63,468 nucleotides of DNA, taken from contig JBFLZG010000063.1 in assembly GCA_040756235.1 (NCBI GenBank), forward strand, positions 1 through 63,468. The letters are read 5' to 3'. The stretch comes from a bacterium (GTDB taxonomy: Bacteria; Desulfobacterota; DSWW01). The notes beneath the pieces are model-generated. The model did not search any database. It was not told the DNA's origin and saw only the letters and a list, made by a program, of their open reading frames with translations. A program made the translations under genes and the position numbers. How positions within the stretch are numbered: position 1 is the first letter of the stretch; each line of letters begins with the position of its first letter. Below, one piece after another: positions 38,111-47,185 of the stretch.

Positions 38111-38124
38111 CTTACGCCTCCGTC

Positions 38125-38163
38125 TGATTATCACTTGACATATCACGTGCCATTTCATATAAA
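38125..38163 (+). promoter_or_regulatory. sigma70 promoter of hsdM with overlapping operator-like repeats
   Basis: TTGACA-N17-TATAAA (38135-38163); tandem TATCACTTGACA/TATCACGTGCCA and TGATTATCA palindrome. Confidence 0.75.
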
Positions 38164-38204
38164 GGCAACAATCCTCATCTAATCGTATTTTACTAGGGAC
38201 CAAC

Positions 38205-40112
38205 ATGCCTCACGCAGAAGCCGATGTCGCCACACTGGTTCGAGAGCTTCGCAGGCGCCTGAACTTGAGCCAGGAGAAGCTCGCTCAGAAGCTCAAGGTC
38301 TCCTTCCCCACCATCAACCGCTGGGAGAACGGCAAGACTCGGCCGGACGCTCTGGCCTGGCACATGATTGAGCAGTTCCTGCTGAGTCTCGGCAAGGAGT
38401 ACCGGGACTTGCACATGCGGCATTTCTCCGGGGGCGAATCCCAGGCCGCAACCGCCCGGCCCGCACGCTCCGCCAGGAGAGTTGGTGGCCGCCGCAACGC
38501 CAACCCCGCGAACGGGACACTCTCGCCGGCCAACGGCAACGGCCAGGTGCTCGACGTCAAGTCCATGGAGACGATGCTCTGGAAGGCGGCCTGTTCTATT
38601 CGCGGAGAGAAGGACGCTCCCAAGTTCAAGGACTACATTCTTCCGCTCGTTTTCATCAAGCGCCTCTCCGACGTATTCGAGGACGAGGTCGCCCGCCTTA
38701 CGGAGACCTATGGCGACGGCGACACCGCCCGCACGGTCATCGAAGCCGATCACGGGCTCGTGCGCTTCTACATCCCGGCCGCAGCGACCTGGCCCGTGGT
38801 GAGCGGACGCAAGAACTTCGATTGGCCGGAAGGCAGACGCCCCAAGACCCTGGGCGAGCAGATCACCCACGCCGTGCGGGCCATCGCCAGGGCCAACCCA
38901 ACCCTCCAGGGCGTGATCGACATCGTGGACTACAACGAGACCCGCAACGGCGAGCGCGAGATCAGCGACGAGGCGCTCGCCAAGCTCATCGAGACCCTTT
39001 CCGATCCCCGTTATCGGCTTGGGCTCTCGGATGTCGAACCGGACTTCCTCGGCCGTGCCTACGAGTACCTGCTCCGCAAGTTCGCCGAGGGTCAGGGCCA
39101 GAGCGCAGGCGAGTTCTTCACGCCCAAGGAAGTGGGTTGGCTCATCGCCCGCATCATGCGCTGCGAGCAGGGCGAGGAGGTTTACGATCCCTGCTGCGGC
39201 AGCGGCGGGCTTCTGATCAAGTGCGAGCTGGACCTCAAAGAGCGGGAGCCCAAGCTCGCCCGCCCCCTGAAACCCTGCGGCCAGGAGCTGACCGGCTCCT
39301 CCTTCGCCATCGCCAGGATGAACATGGTCCTGCACGACATGGAGGGGGAGATCGTCCGTGGCAACACCATGACCAACCCCAAGTTCACGGACGGGGCGAA
39401 GCTCAGGACCTTCGACGTGGTTGTGACGAACCCCATGTGGAACCAGGACAATTTCGAGTTGTCACATTACGAGAACGACCCTTTCGAGCGTTTCGCGGAC
39501 CGGGGCGGCTTCGCGCCCGGCTCCAGCGCCGACTGGGCCTGGCTCCAGCACGTTGCCGCCTCGCTCAAAGAGCGCGGCCGGGCAGCCGTGGTCATCGATA
39601 CCGGCGCGGCCAGCCGGGGCAGCGGCAACCAGGGGGAGAACAAGGAAAAGGCCATCCGCCGCTGGTTCGTTGCACAGGATCTGATCGAGGCCGTGATCCT
39701 CTTGCCTGACAACCTCTTCTACAACACCACGGCCGCAGGCATCATCATCGTCGTGAACCGCCGTAAACCCAAGAGCCGCAGGGACAGGGTGCTGCTCGTC
39801 AACGCGAGCGGGGAGTTCGAGAAGGGGCGGCCCAAAAACTTCATCCCGGAGGCATCCATCCGCCGGATAGCCGAAACCTTTCACGCGGGCAAGGACGTGG
39901 AGCGCTTCGCCAAGCTCGTGCCCCGGGAGGAGATCGAAAGAAACGACTTCAATCTCTCTCCTTCGCGCTACATAGAAACAGCCAATGCCACCGAGCACCG
40001 GGACGTGCAGGCCATCCTGGATGAGCTCGCTGCCTTGCAGACTCAGGCAAAGGGACTCGATGGGGAGCTCAAGATCATCTTCGAACGACTCGGGTACCGC
40101 GTCGAGCGGTAG
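38205..40112 (+). CDS. hsdM: Type I R-M methyltransferase subunit with N-terminal XRE HTH
   Basis: LSQEKLAQKLKVSFPTINRWENGK; LWKAAC..RG; GRAYEYL; GEFFTP; YDPCCGSGG; NPMW motif IV. Confidence 0.92.
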   Translation: MPHAEADVATLVRELRRRLNLSQEKLAQKLKVSFPTINRWENGKTRPDALAWHMIEQFLLSLGKEYRDLHMRHFSGGESQAATARPARSARRVGGRRNANPANGTLSPANGNGQVLDVKSMETMLWKAACSIRGEKDAPKFKDYILPLVFIKRLSDVFEDEVARLTETYGDGDTARTVIEADHGLVRFYIPAAATWPVVSGRKNFDWPEGRRPKTLGEQITHAVRAIARANPTLQGVIDIVDYNETRNGEREISDEALAKLIETLSDPRYRLGLSDVEPDFLGRAYEYLLRKFAEGQGQSAGEFFTPKEVGWLIARIMRCEQGEEVYDPCCGSGGLLIKCELDLKEREPKLARPLKPCGQELTGSSFAIARMNMVLHDMEGEIVRGNTMTNPKFTDGAKLRTFDVVVTNPMWNQDNFELSHYENDPFERFADRGGFAPGSSADWAWLQHVAASLKERGRAAVVIDTGAASRGSGNQGENKEKAIRRWFVAQDLIEAVILLPDNLFYNTTAAGIIIVVNRRKPKSRRDRVLLVNASGEFEKGRPKNFIPEASIRRIAETFHAGKDVERFAKLVPREEIERNDFNLSPSRYIETANATEHRDVQAILDELAALQTQAKGLDGELKIIFERLGYRVER

Positions 40113-40156
40113 CCGGCTGGTCGCAGATTCCGACCGCCGTGCTGGGATCATTATAA

Positions 40157-40488
40157 TAAGGTCACAATTTGTGATCTTAAACGGGTGAGCGGCCGCAGAT
40201 CGGAAACTTGAAATCACAATTTGTGACCTCAAGATTCGTGAAGCGAGGATCGCGATGTCGTTCAAGGAAAAGGTTTTGGTGCCCGCCGAGCGGATTGACA
40301 AGGCGATTCTGCAGATCAGGAACCAGAAGGTCATGTTGGATGCCGATCTGGCCACACTGTACCAAGTCAAGACCAAAGCCCTGGTGCAGGCGGTAGTTCG
40401 CAATCTTGACCGTTTCCCGGAAGATTTCATGTTCCGACTCTCCCGGGACGAGTTCGATGACTTGAGGTCACAATCTGTGACCTCAAGT
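40157..40488. repeat. Three copies of the palindrome CTTGAGGTCACAATTTGTGACCTCAAG (40157-40179, 40207-40233, 40460-40488)
   Basis: Read directly from the sequence; the third copy lies inside the ORF6N CDS. Confidence 0.85.
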
Positions 40489-40788
40489 TCGTGGGGCGGT
40501 CGCCGCTACCCGCCCTATGCCTTCACGGAGCAGGGCGTCGCCATGCTCTCCAGCGTGCTGCACAGCCCGCGTGCAGTGCAGGTGAACATCGAAATCATGC
40601 GCGCCTTTGTTCGCCTGCGTGAGATGCTATCCTCTCATCGGGCTCTGGCGCAGAAACTGGCGGACCTCGAAAAGAAGTATGACTCTCAATTCAAAGTCGT
40701 CTTCGAGGCCATCCGGCAACTGATGGCCCCACCATCAAAAGGTGCAAGGCGGATCGGGTTCGCTCGGGATACGACACCCCGTCTTTGA
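40255..40788 (+). CDS. ORF6N-domain DNA-binding protein
   Basis: [48 protein letters not shown]. Confidence 0.9.
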   Translation: MSFKEKVLVPAERIDKAILQIRNQKVMLDADLATLYQVKTKALVQAVVRNLDRFPEDFMFRLSRDEFDDLRSQSVTSSSWGGRRYPPYAFTEQGVAMLSSVLHSPRAVQVNIEIMRAFVRLREMLSSHRALAQKLADLEKKYDSQFKVVFEAIRQLMAPPSKGARRIGFARDTTPRL

Positions 40789-40947
40789 CAAGAAAACTCA
40801 TCCAGCGGAGGCATGGGAGGCGCCTCTGCAGCCCCGCAACGATCGTCGAGACGAAGGTTGCCGAGCTTGGCCGGTCCGAGGCTCTGGCTAACGGCTATGG
40901 CCCCGGGAAGAGGGTAAGGGGCATCCGGAAAGCTCGGGGGGAACACA

Positions 40948-42591
40948 ATGAGCAGTGAAGTATTCAAGTTCAGGAAGAATGACCGAATCGGTGCTGCCGG
41001 TGCTGAGGAAGACGGTGAGTTCCTATCTTCCTGCTTTGTTGATACAGGAGATCTGCATCTCCTCCAAGACCTCTCTGATCACCGCCAAATCGTCTTGGGG
41101 CGAACCGGAACCGGGAAATCAGCACTTTTGACAAAGCTTCGGGAGTCGAAGCCGGAGTATGTAATAGAAATCTCGCCCGAAAATCTCGCACTCACCTACG
41201 TGTCTAACTCGACCATCCTGAATTTCTTCTCGAATCTCGGGGTGAACCTGGATCCCTTCTTTAAACTTCTCTGGCGTCACGTCCTCACAATAGAAGTCCT
41301 TAGCCGATGTTTCGAGCACACCTGTAAGGACAGGCAAAAGTCCCTTCTTGATCGTCTGAGCAGCATGTTTATGGGAGGCTCACGTCACGACAAGGAAATG
41401 AAGGAGGCCGTGGAGTATTTAAAGGAATGGGGGAAGAGCTTCTGGCTCGAGACTGAGTTCCGGGTGAAGGAAATTACTCAAAAGCTTGAAAACGAACTTG
41501 GTGCGGCCTTGAGCGCTCAACTTGGCCCTTCGGCAGCCAGCATCGGATCCTCCTCTCAGTCGATCGAGAGACTTTCTCAGGAGCAGAAATCAGAGCTCCA
41601 CTCCAGGGCACAACAAATCGTGAGTGCCGCTCAGGTGCAGGACCTGCACAAAGTGATCAATCTCTTAGACACAGTTTTGCAGGATAAGCAGAAGAAGTAC
41701 TACATCGTAATCGATGGACTTGACGAGAATTGGGTCGAAGAAAGAATACGATATAGGCTCATAATGGCCCTGATTCTAACGGCCAGAGATTTCATTCGGG
41801 TAAGCAACGCCAAAGTTATTGTGGCGATAAGACGGGACCTGATCGAAAGGGTCTTCCGACTAACAAGAGAATCTGGGTTTCAGGAAGAAAAATTTCAGTC
41901 CCTGTACTTGCCTCTGGTTTGGAAAAAGGCAGATCTCATTGAGTTATTGGATCGGCGCATTGACGCCCTTGTTTCTCGTCGCTACACAAAACAAAAGGTC
42001 ACTCACCGAGACCTCCTTCCGAAACAATACAATTCGAAGCCCATTTCGGAGTTCATTATTGAGATTGCTGATAGGCCTCGTGACGTCATCTCCTTCTTCA
42101 ACAGCTGCATCTCGGCAGCTACAAATCTGGCTAGGCTCAGGGTTTCGGAATTGAGAATGGCAGAAGGTGAATACTCAAGGTCCCGCCTTCGAGCTCTGGG
42201 GGACGAATGGAGCGCAGACTACCCGTGCCTACTCGACTTCGCTGCCATTCTCTACAGAAGGCCGGGCTCTTTCAAAATCGCCACAATAGAAGACAGAGAT
42301 ATTAACGAACTCTGTCTTCGAATATCCGCAGAAGACCCGGGTGGCCAGGGTCTTCTTCAAAAGCATGCGATGAAGCTTGTCGACTGTGCTATCTCAGCGC
42401 ACGATTTCAGGATATTCTTGATCCAGGTTTTTTACCAAGTCGGCCTCATCGGCCTCAAGATAACACCTCATGAAACTGCCGCATGGGTCAATGAGCTTGG
42501 CAAGAGGGTGTCAGCAGCCGAGATCTCCGATGAAACAAGTGCAGTCGTGCATCCTGCGTTCCATCGAGCTTTAGGAATTCGATCTAACTGA
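40948..42591 (+). CDS. P-loop ATPase, Sll1717-like family
   Basis: AEED near the N-terminus, GRTGTGKS, IVIDGLDE, RPRD; visibly lower GC than the flanks. Confidence 0.75.
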   Translation: MSSEVFKFRKNDRIGAAGAEEDGEFLSSCFVDTGDLHLLQDLSDHRQIVLGRTGTGKSALLTKLRESKPEYVIEISPENLALTYVSNSTILNFFSNLGVNLDPFFKLLWRHVLTIEVLSRCFEHTCKDRQKSLLDRLSSMFMGGSRHDKEMKEAVEYLKEWGKSFWLETEFRVKEITQKLENELGAALSAQLGPSAASIGSSSQSIERLSQEQKSELHSRAQQIVSAAQVQDLHKVINLLDTVLQDKQKKYYIVIDGLDENWVEERIRYRLIMALILTARDFIRVSNAKVIVAIRRDLIERVFRLTRESGFQEEKFQSLYLPLVWKKADLIELLDRRIDALVSRRYTKQKVTHRDLLPKQYNSKPISEFIIEIADRPRDVISFFNSCISAATNLARLRVSELRMAEGEYSRSRLRALGDEWSADYPCLLDFAAILYRRPGSFKIATIEDRDINELCLRISAEDPGGQGLLQKHAMKLVDCAISAHDFRIFLIQVFYQVGLIGLKITPHETAAWVNELGKRVSAAEISDETSAVVHPAFHRALGIRSN

Positions 42592-42649
42592 AATAGCTTT
42601 CGGAGGAAGGCACCTTAGTGCTCTCGCAGGCCCTAGCAGAAGAAGTATC

Positions 42650-43924
42650 ATGAAAAATACTTCAACCAAGCCCGCATGCGCCAGAGGATGGGAAGAAGTC
42701 CATCTTGGGGCCGACGACGTCGCGAGTATCGTGATGGGGCAGTCTCCTGAGTCATCAACCTATAACTGCGAGGGCAAAGGCCTTCCCTTTTTTCAGGGGA
42801 AGCTTGACTTCGGGTTGCGCACTCCGCTAGCCACAAAATGGTGCTCAAAACCTCTCAAGATTGCAGACAGTGGAGATATTCTTGTTTCCGTTAGAGCTCC
42901 AGTAGGCGAGGTCAATATTGCAGATCAGACATGCTGTATCGGTCGTGGTGTTGCTTCGATAAGAGCTCGGCGAAAGACCGTCAACGAATTTCTCTTTTAT
43001 CTCTTGATGTATGAAAAGCCAAGACTAGATTCGCTTGGCAGCGGAGCTATCTTCAAAGCAATCACCAGAAGCACTCTCGCGAATTTCGCCATTCATCTCC
43101 CTCAGCTCTCGGAACAATGTACCATCGCCACCGTGCTGTCGAAGATTCAGGCGGCCATCGAGGTGCAGCACAAGACCGTAGCCAAGCTCAAAGAGCTGAA
43201 GGCGGCGACCATGGCAAAGCTCTTCCGCGAGGGCACGCATGGCGACAGATCTTACTCCAAGAGTAAATACGGAGAATACCCTTCAATTTGGAGACTCCTC
43301 CCTCTTACCCGGTGTGCCTACGTGCAGACGGGCATAGCCAAGGGACGGAGAGTGGATGGGTGGGCTGCCGTCGAGAGACCGTACTTGAGGGTTGCCAATG
43401 TTCAGGACGGCTATCTTGACTTGGCTGAGATCAAGACAATTCAACTCAAGAGCAGCGAAACCGCACGTTACACCTTGAGGCAAGGCGACGTTCTTCTCAC
43501 GGAAGGCGGTGATTTCGACAAACTGGGGCGAGGTTATATATGGCGAGGCCAAATCGAGGGATGTGTTCACCAAAACCACATCTTCGCGGTGCGGACGAAT
43601 AAGGCGCTGCTGACGCCAGAGTTTCTCGCTTATCTTGTTCAGAGCCCCTACGGTAAGGCCTACTTCCTTTCTGTAGCCCACAGAACGACCAATTTGGCGT
43701 GCATCAACTCAACAAAGTTGCGCGATTTCCCGGTAATCTTGCCCGACATTGAAGAGCAGGAGGAGATAGCTCGCGTGCTCGGCTCAATCGATTTCACCAT
43801 TGAGGCCCAATCAAATATGCTGAGGAGCATTCAGGCCCTCTTCTCCTCCATGCTCCACCTGCTCATGACGGGACAAGTCCGGGTGAACCATCTGAACCTC
43901 GATGAGGCAGCCCGTGTGCCCTAA
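42650..43924 (+). CDS. hsdS: Type I R-M specificity subunit
   Basis: Two TRDs each followed by LP..EQ..IA..L; ends SMLHLLMTGQVRV. Confidence 0.92.
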   Translation: MKNTSTKPACARGWEEVHLGADDVASIVMGQSPESSTYNCEGKGLPFFQGKLDFGLRTPLATKWCSKPLKIADSGDILVSVRAPVGEVNIADQTCCIGRGVASIRARRKTVNEFLFYLLMYEKPRLDSLGSGAIFKAITRSTLANFAIHLPQLSEQCTIATVLSKIQAAIEVQHKTVAKLKELKAATMAKLFREGTHGDRSYSKSKYGEYPSIWRLLPLTRCAYVQTGIAKGRRVDGWAAVERPYLRVANVQDGYLDLAEIKTIQLKSSETARYTLRQGDVLLTEGGDFDKLGRGYIWRGQIEGCVHQNHIFAVRTNKALLTPEFLAYLVQSPYGKAYFLSVAHRTTNLACINSTKLRDFPVILPDIEEQEEIARVLGSIDFTIEAQSNMLRSIQALFSSMLHLLMTGQVRVNHLNLDEAARVP

Positions 43925-46796
43925 TCTCGGGAGCGAGCGCGACACAGTCCAGCGCCCCCTCATCGCCTACGCGGTGGAGATCGGATGGGCCTATCTCCCG
44001 CCCGAGGACGCGCTCACCCTGCGCCGGGGCGAAGGCGGCACGCTGCTCTACGCCATCCTGCGGGGCAAGCTCATCCACCTCAACCCCGGCATCGTCACCG
44101 TGGCCAACGTGGACGAGCTAATCGCCAGGATCGAGAGCGTCCGCGCCAATATCGAGGGCAACGCCGAGGTGCTCGCCTGGCTGCGCGGCGAGCGCTCGGT
44201 CTGGTCGGAGAGCGAGAAGCGCCGTCTCAACGTGACCGCCATCGATTTCGAGCATCCGGCCAACAACGTCTTCCAGGTTACGGAGGAATGGCAGTACACG
44301 AACGGCCAGCACCGCAACCGCGCCGACGTAGTGTTCTGCGTGAACGGGATCCCCGTCGCTGTGGTCGAGACCAAGGGGGCCGCAAAGAAGGACGGCCTGG
44401 AGGACGCGCTGGTCCAGATTCGGCGCTATCACAACGAGACTCCGGAGCTGATGGCTGCGCCCCAGGTCTTCGATGTGACCCACCTCCTCGATTTCTACTA
44501 TGGCGTCACCTGGAACCTCGACCGCAAGAATCTCTTCAACTGGAAGGACGAGGAGAAGGGCAACTTCGAGAGGAAGGTCAAGCGCTTCTTCGCCCGAGAG
44601 CGATTTCTCAAGCTCCTGGAGGCGTGGATCGTCTTTTACAAGAAAGACGACGAGCTGCGCAAGATCGTGCTGCGACAGCACCAGGTGCGCGCCGTGGAGA
44701 AGGTGGTCGAGCGCGTGCTGGACCCCGAGAAGCGCGCCGGGCTCGTATGGCACACCCAGGGGTCCGGCAAGACCTTCACGATGGTCAAAGCTGCCGATCT
44801 CATTCTCCGTCATCCGGCCTTCGCCAAACCCACCGTGGTGATGCTCGTGGACCGCAACGAGCTGGAAGGCCAGCTTGCAGGTTGGCTCAAGAGCTACGGG
44901 ATCTCCGCCGAGTACGCAGCAAGCAAGCAGCATCTCCAGGAGCTCTTGCGCTCCGACTACCGCGGGCTCGTGGTTTCGATGATCCACAAGTTCGACCGCG
45001 CCGATGCCGACCTGTGCAGGCGGCCGAACGTTTTCGTCCTTGTAGACGAGGCCCACAGGACGACGAGCGGCGATCTGGGCAACTACCTCGTCGCGGCGCT
45101 GCCCGGCGCCACCATGATCGGCTTCACCGGAACCCCCATCGACCGGATCGCGTACGGCAAGGGGACCTTCAAGGTCTTCGGCCGGGACGACGAGAAGGGT
45201 TATCTCGACAAGTACAGCATCGCCGAATCGATCGAGGACGGCACCACCTTACCGTTGCACTATACCCTCGCGCCCAACGACATCCGGGTTCCCCGCGAGC
45301 AGCTCGAGCGCGAGTTCCTCGACTTGGTGGAAGCCGAGGGCGTGAGCGATATCGAGGAGCTGAACAGGATCCTGGACCGGGCGGTCAATTTGAAAACCTT
45401 CCTCAAGGCCGCCGACCGGGTGGAGAAGGTCGCGGCTTTCGTAGCCCGCCACTTCCGTGAGAACGTGGAACCGCTGGGCTACAAGGCATTCCTCGTGGGC
45501 GTGGACCGCGAGGCCTGCGCTCTCTATAAGAAGGCCTTGGACAAGCGCCTTCCGCCCGAGGTTTCCACAGTCATTTACTCGCCCGCCCACAATGACAACG
45601 AGACGCTGGCTGCGTACCACCTGACCGAGGACGAGGAGAAGCGCGTCCGCAGGGCCTTCATCAAGCACGAAGCGCTCCCCAGGATCCTCATCGTCACCGA
45701 GAAGCTCCTCACCGGCTTCGACGCTCCGATCCTCTACTGCATGTACCTGGACAAGCCGATGCGGGACCATGCGCTGCTCCAGGCCATCGCCCGGGTGAAC
45801 CGGCCTTACGAGGACGAGGGCGGGGTGGAGAAGCCCTCCGGCTTGGTGATCGACTTCGTGGGGATCTTCGAGAAGCTGGAGAAAGCGCTGGCCTTCGACT
45901 CCGAGGTGGTGGGGAGCGTGATCCGGAATATCGAGGTCCTCAAGGCCAGGTTCGCCGAGCTGATGGCGAGCCAGGGTCAGGCTTATCTTTCCCTATGCAC
46001 GGGTCCGATCGACGACAAGACGGTCGAAGCCGCCATCGCTGCTTTCGCGGACAAGGAAAAGCGCCGGAGATTCTATGGGTGCTTCAAGGAGCTGGAGATC
46101 CTCTACGAGATCATCTCGCCGGACGCGTTCCTGCGGCCTTATATCGAGGAGTACGGCACGCTCTCGGTGCTCTACCGGATCGTCCGGAACGCCTTCGGCA
46201 AGCAGGCGCCGCTCGCCTATGACCTGATGAGGAAGACCGAAAGCATGGTCCGTGAGGCCGTCTCTGCCTACGGGCTCTCCTCCACCATGCCGCTCGTCAA
46301 GATCGATGAGAACACCCTAAAGGCCCTGCAATCGTCGAACGCTCCGGACAGCTGCAAGGTCGTCAACCTGGGCCGCAGCCTCTTGGCTGCGGTCGCCGCG
46401 GAGGAGAACCAGCAGCCTTATCTCATTCCCATCGGGGAGCGGACCGAGGCGATCCTGGAGACGTACGACGACCGGCAAATCACGACGCAGCAGGCGCTCG
46501 ACAAGCTGCGGAAACTTCTCGACGAGTATGTACAAGCCAAGAAGGAGCGCGAGAAGAGCGGCTTAGATCTCAACACCTTCACGATCTTCTGGATGCTCAA
46601 GCAGGCCGGCGCCAAGGACCCTGACCAGTCGGCGCCGGTGATCCATGCAGCCTTCGAGCGCTTCCCCAACTACCGCCACAACGTGACAGAGCTTCGCGGA
46701 CTCAAGGCCGAGCTGTACAAGGTGCTGCTTCCCCAGGTGGGCAAGGAGAACATGGTCGCCATGGCCGGGCGCCTGCTCAAGCTGGAGCGGAAATGA
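43914..46796 (+). CDS. hsdR: Type I R-M restriction subunit
   Basis: RADVV..VNGIPV.VVETK, WHTQGSGKT, DEAHR, FTGTP, LLTGFDAP, QAIARVNR; start GTG 43914 or ATG 43902. Confidence 0.93.
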   Translation: MCPNLGSERDTVQRPLIAYAVEIGWAYLPPEDALTLRRGEGGTLLYAILRGKLIHLNPGIVTVANVDELIARIESVRANIEGNAEVLAWLRGERSVWSESEKRRLNVTAIDFEHPANNVFQVTEEWQYTNGQHRNRADVVFCVNGIPVAVVETKGAAKKDGLEDALVQIRRYHNETPELMAAPQVFDVTHLLDFYYGVTWNLDRKNLFNWKDEEKGNFERKVKRFFARERFLKLLEAWIVFYKKDDELRKIVLRQHQVRAVEKVVERVLDPEKRAGLVWHTQGSGKTFTMVKAADLILRHPAFAKPTVVMLVDRNELEGQLAGWLKSYGISAEYAASKQHLQELLRSDYRGLVVSMIHKFDRADADLCRRPNVFVLVDEAHRTTSGDLGNYLVAALPGATMIGFTGTPIDRIAYGKGTFKVFGRDDEKGYLDKYSIAESIEDGTTLPLHYTLAPNDIRVPREQLEREFLDLVEAEGVSDIEELNRILDRAVNLKTFLKAADRVEKVAAFVARHFRENVEPLGYKAFLVGVDREACALYKKALDKRLPPEVSTVIYSPAHNDNETLAAYHLTEDEEKRVRRAFIKHEALPRILIVTEKLLTGFDAPILYCMYLDKPMRDHALLQAIARVNRPYEDEGGVEKPSGLVIDFVGIFEKLEKALAFDSEVVGSVIRNIEVLKARFAELMASQGQAYLSLCTGPIDDKTVEAAIAAFADKEKRRRFYGCFKELEILYEIISPDAFLRPYIEEYGTLSVLYRIVRNAFGKQAPLAYDLMRKTESMVREAVSAYGLSSTMPLVKIDENTLKALQSSNAPDSCKVVNLGRSLLAAVAAEENQQPYLIPIGERTEAILETYDDRQITTQQALDKLRKLLDEYVQAKKEREKSGLDLNTFTIFWMLKQAGAKDPDQSAPVIHAAFERFPNYRHNVTELRGLKAELYKVLLPQVGKENMVAMAGRLLKLERK

Positions 46797-47137
46797 GGGC
46801 GAGAGGCGGGCGGGCGCCCCTATCAGCCCTGGAAGCGAAAAGGGCCTTCAAGTCCGAGCTTCAGCGCTGGGCCGAGCGGATCCAGGTAAGGCCCAGGAGG
46901 GTCCAGATCCAGCCCATGACTCGAAAATGGGCGTCCTGCTCGCACTCGGGGCGCCTGTGCTTCGCGGCCGACCTCTTGAGCCAGTCCGCCCACTTCCGCG
47001 AGGTGGTGATCGTCCACGAGCTCGTGCACCTCATCGTCCCCAACCACGGGAAGCTTTTCAAGAGCATGATGCGCGCCTATGTGCCGGGCTGGGAAGACAC
47101 CCTTCGTGAGCACTCGTCGGGAAAGGCGATCTGTTGA
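46793..47137 (+). CDS. Short YgjP/DUF45 (M48-like) metallopeptidase-fold protein
   Basis: KWASCS, VHELVHL..PNH...F; ATGA overlap with hsdR. Confidence 0.8.
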   Translation: MRARGGRAPLSALEAKRAFKSELQRWAERIQVRPRRVQIQPMTRKWASCSHSGRLCFAADLLSQSAHFREVVIVHELVHLIVPNHGKLFKSMMRAYVPGWEDTLREHSSGKAIC

Positions 47138-47185
47138 GCGCAGGGGCCAGAGCCGGATGATCCGGCCGCGAGACGGCTGGATACT

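Noticed and set aside
43902..43930. Possible frameshift or fusion at the hsdS-hsdR junction
   Set aside because: In-frame GTG at 43914 has a GAGG 6 nt upstream, so a normal overlap explains it
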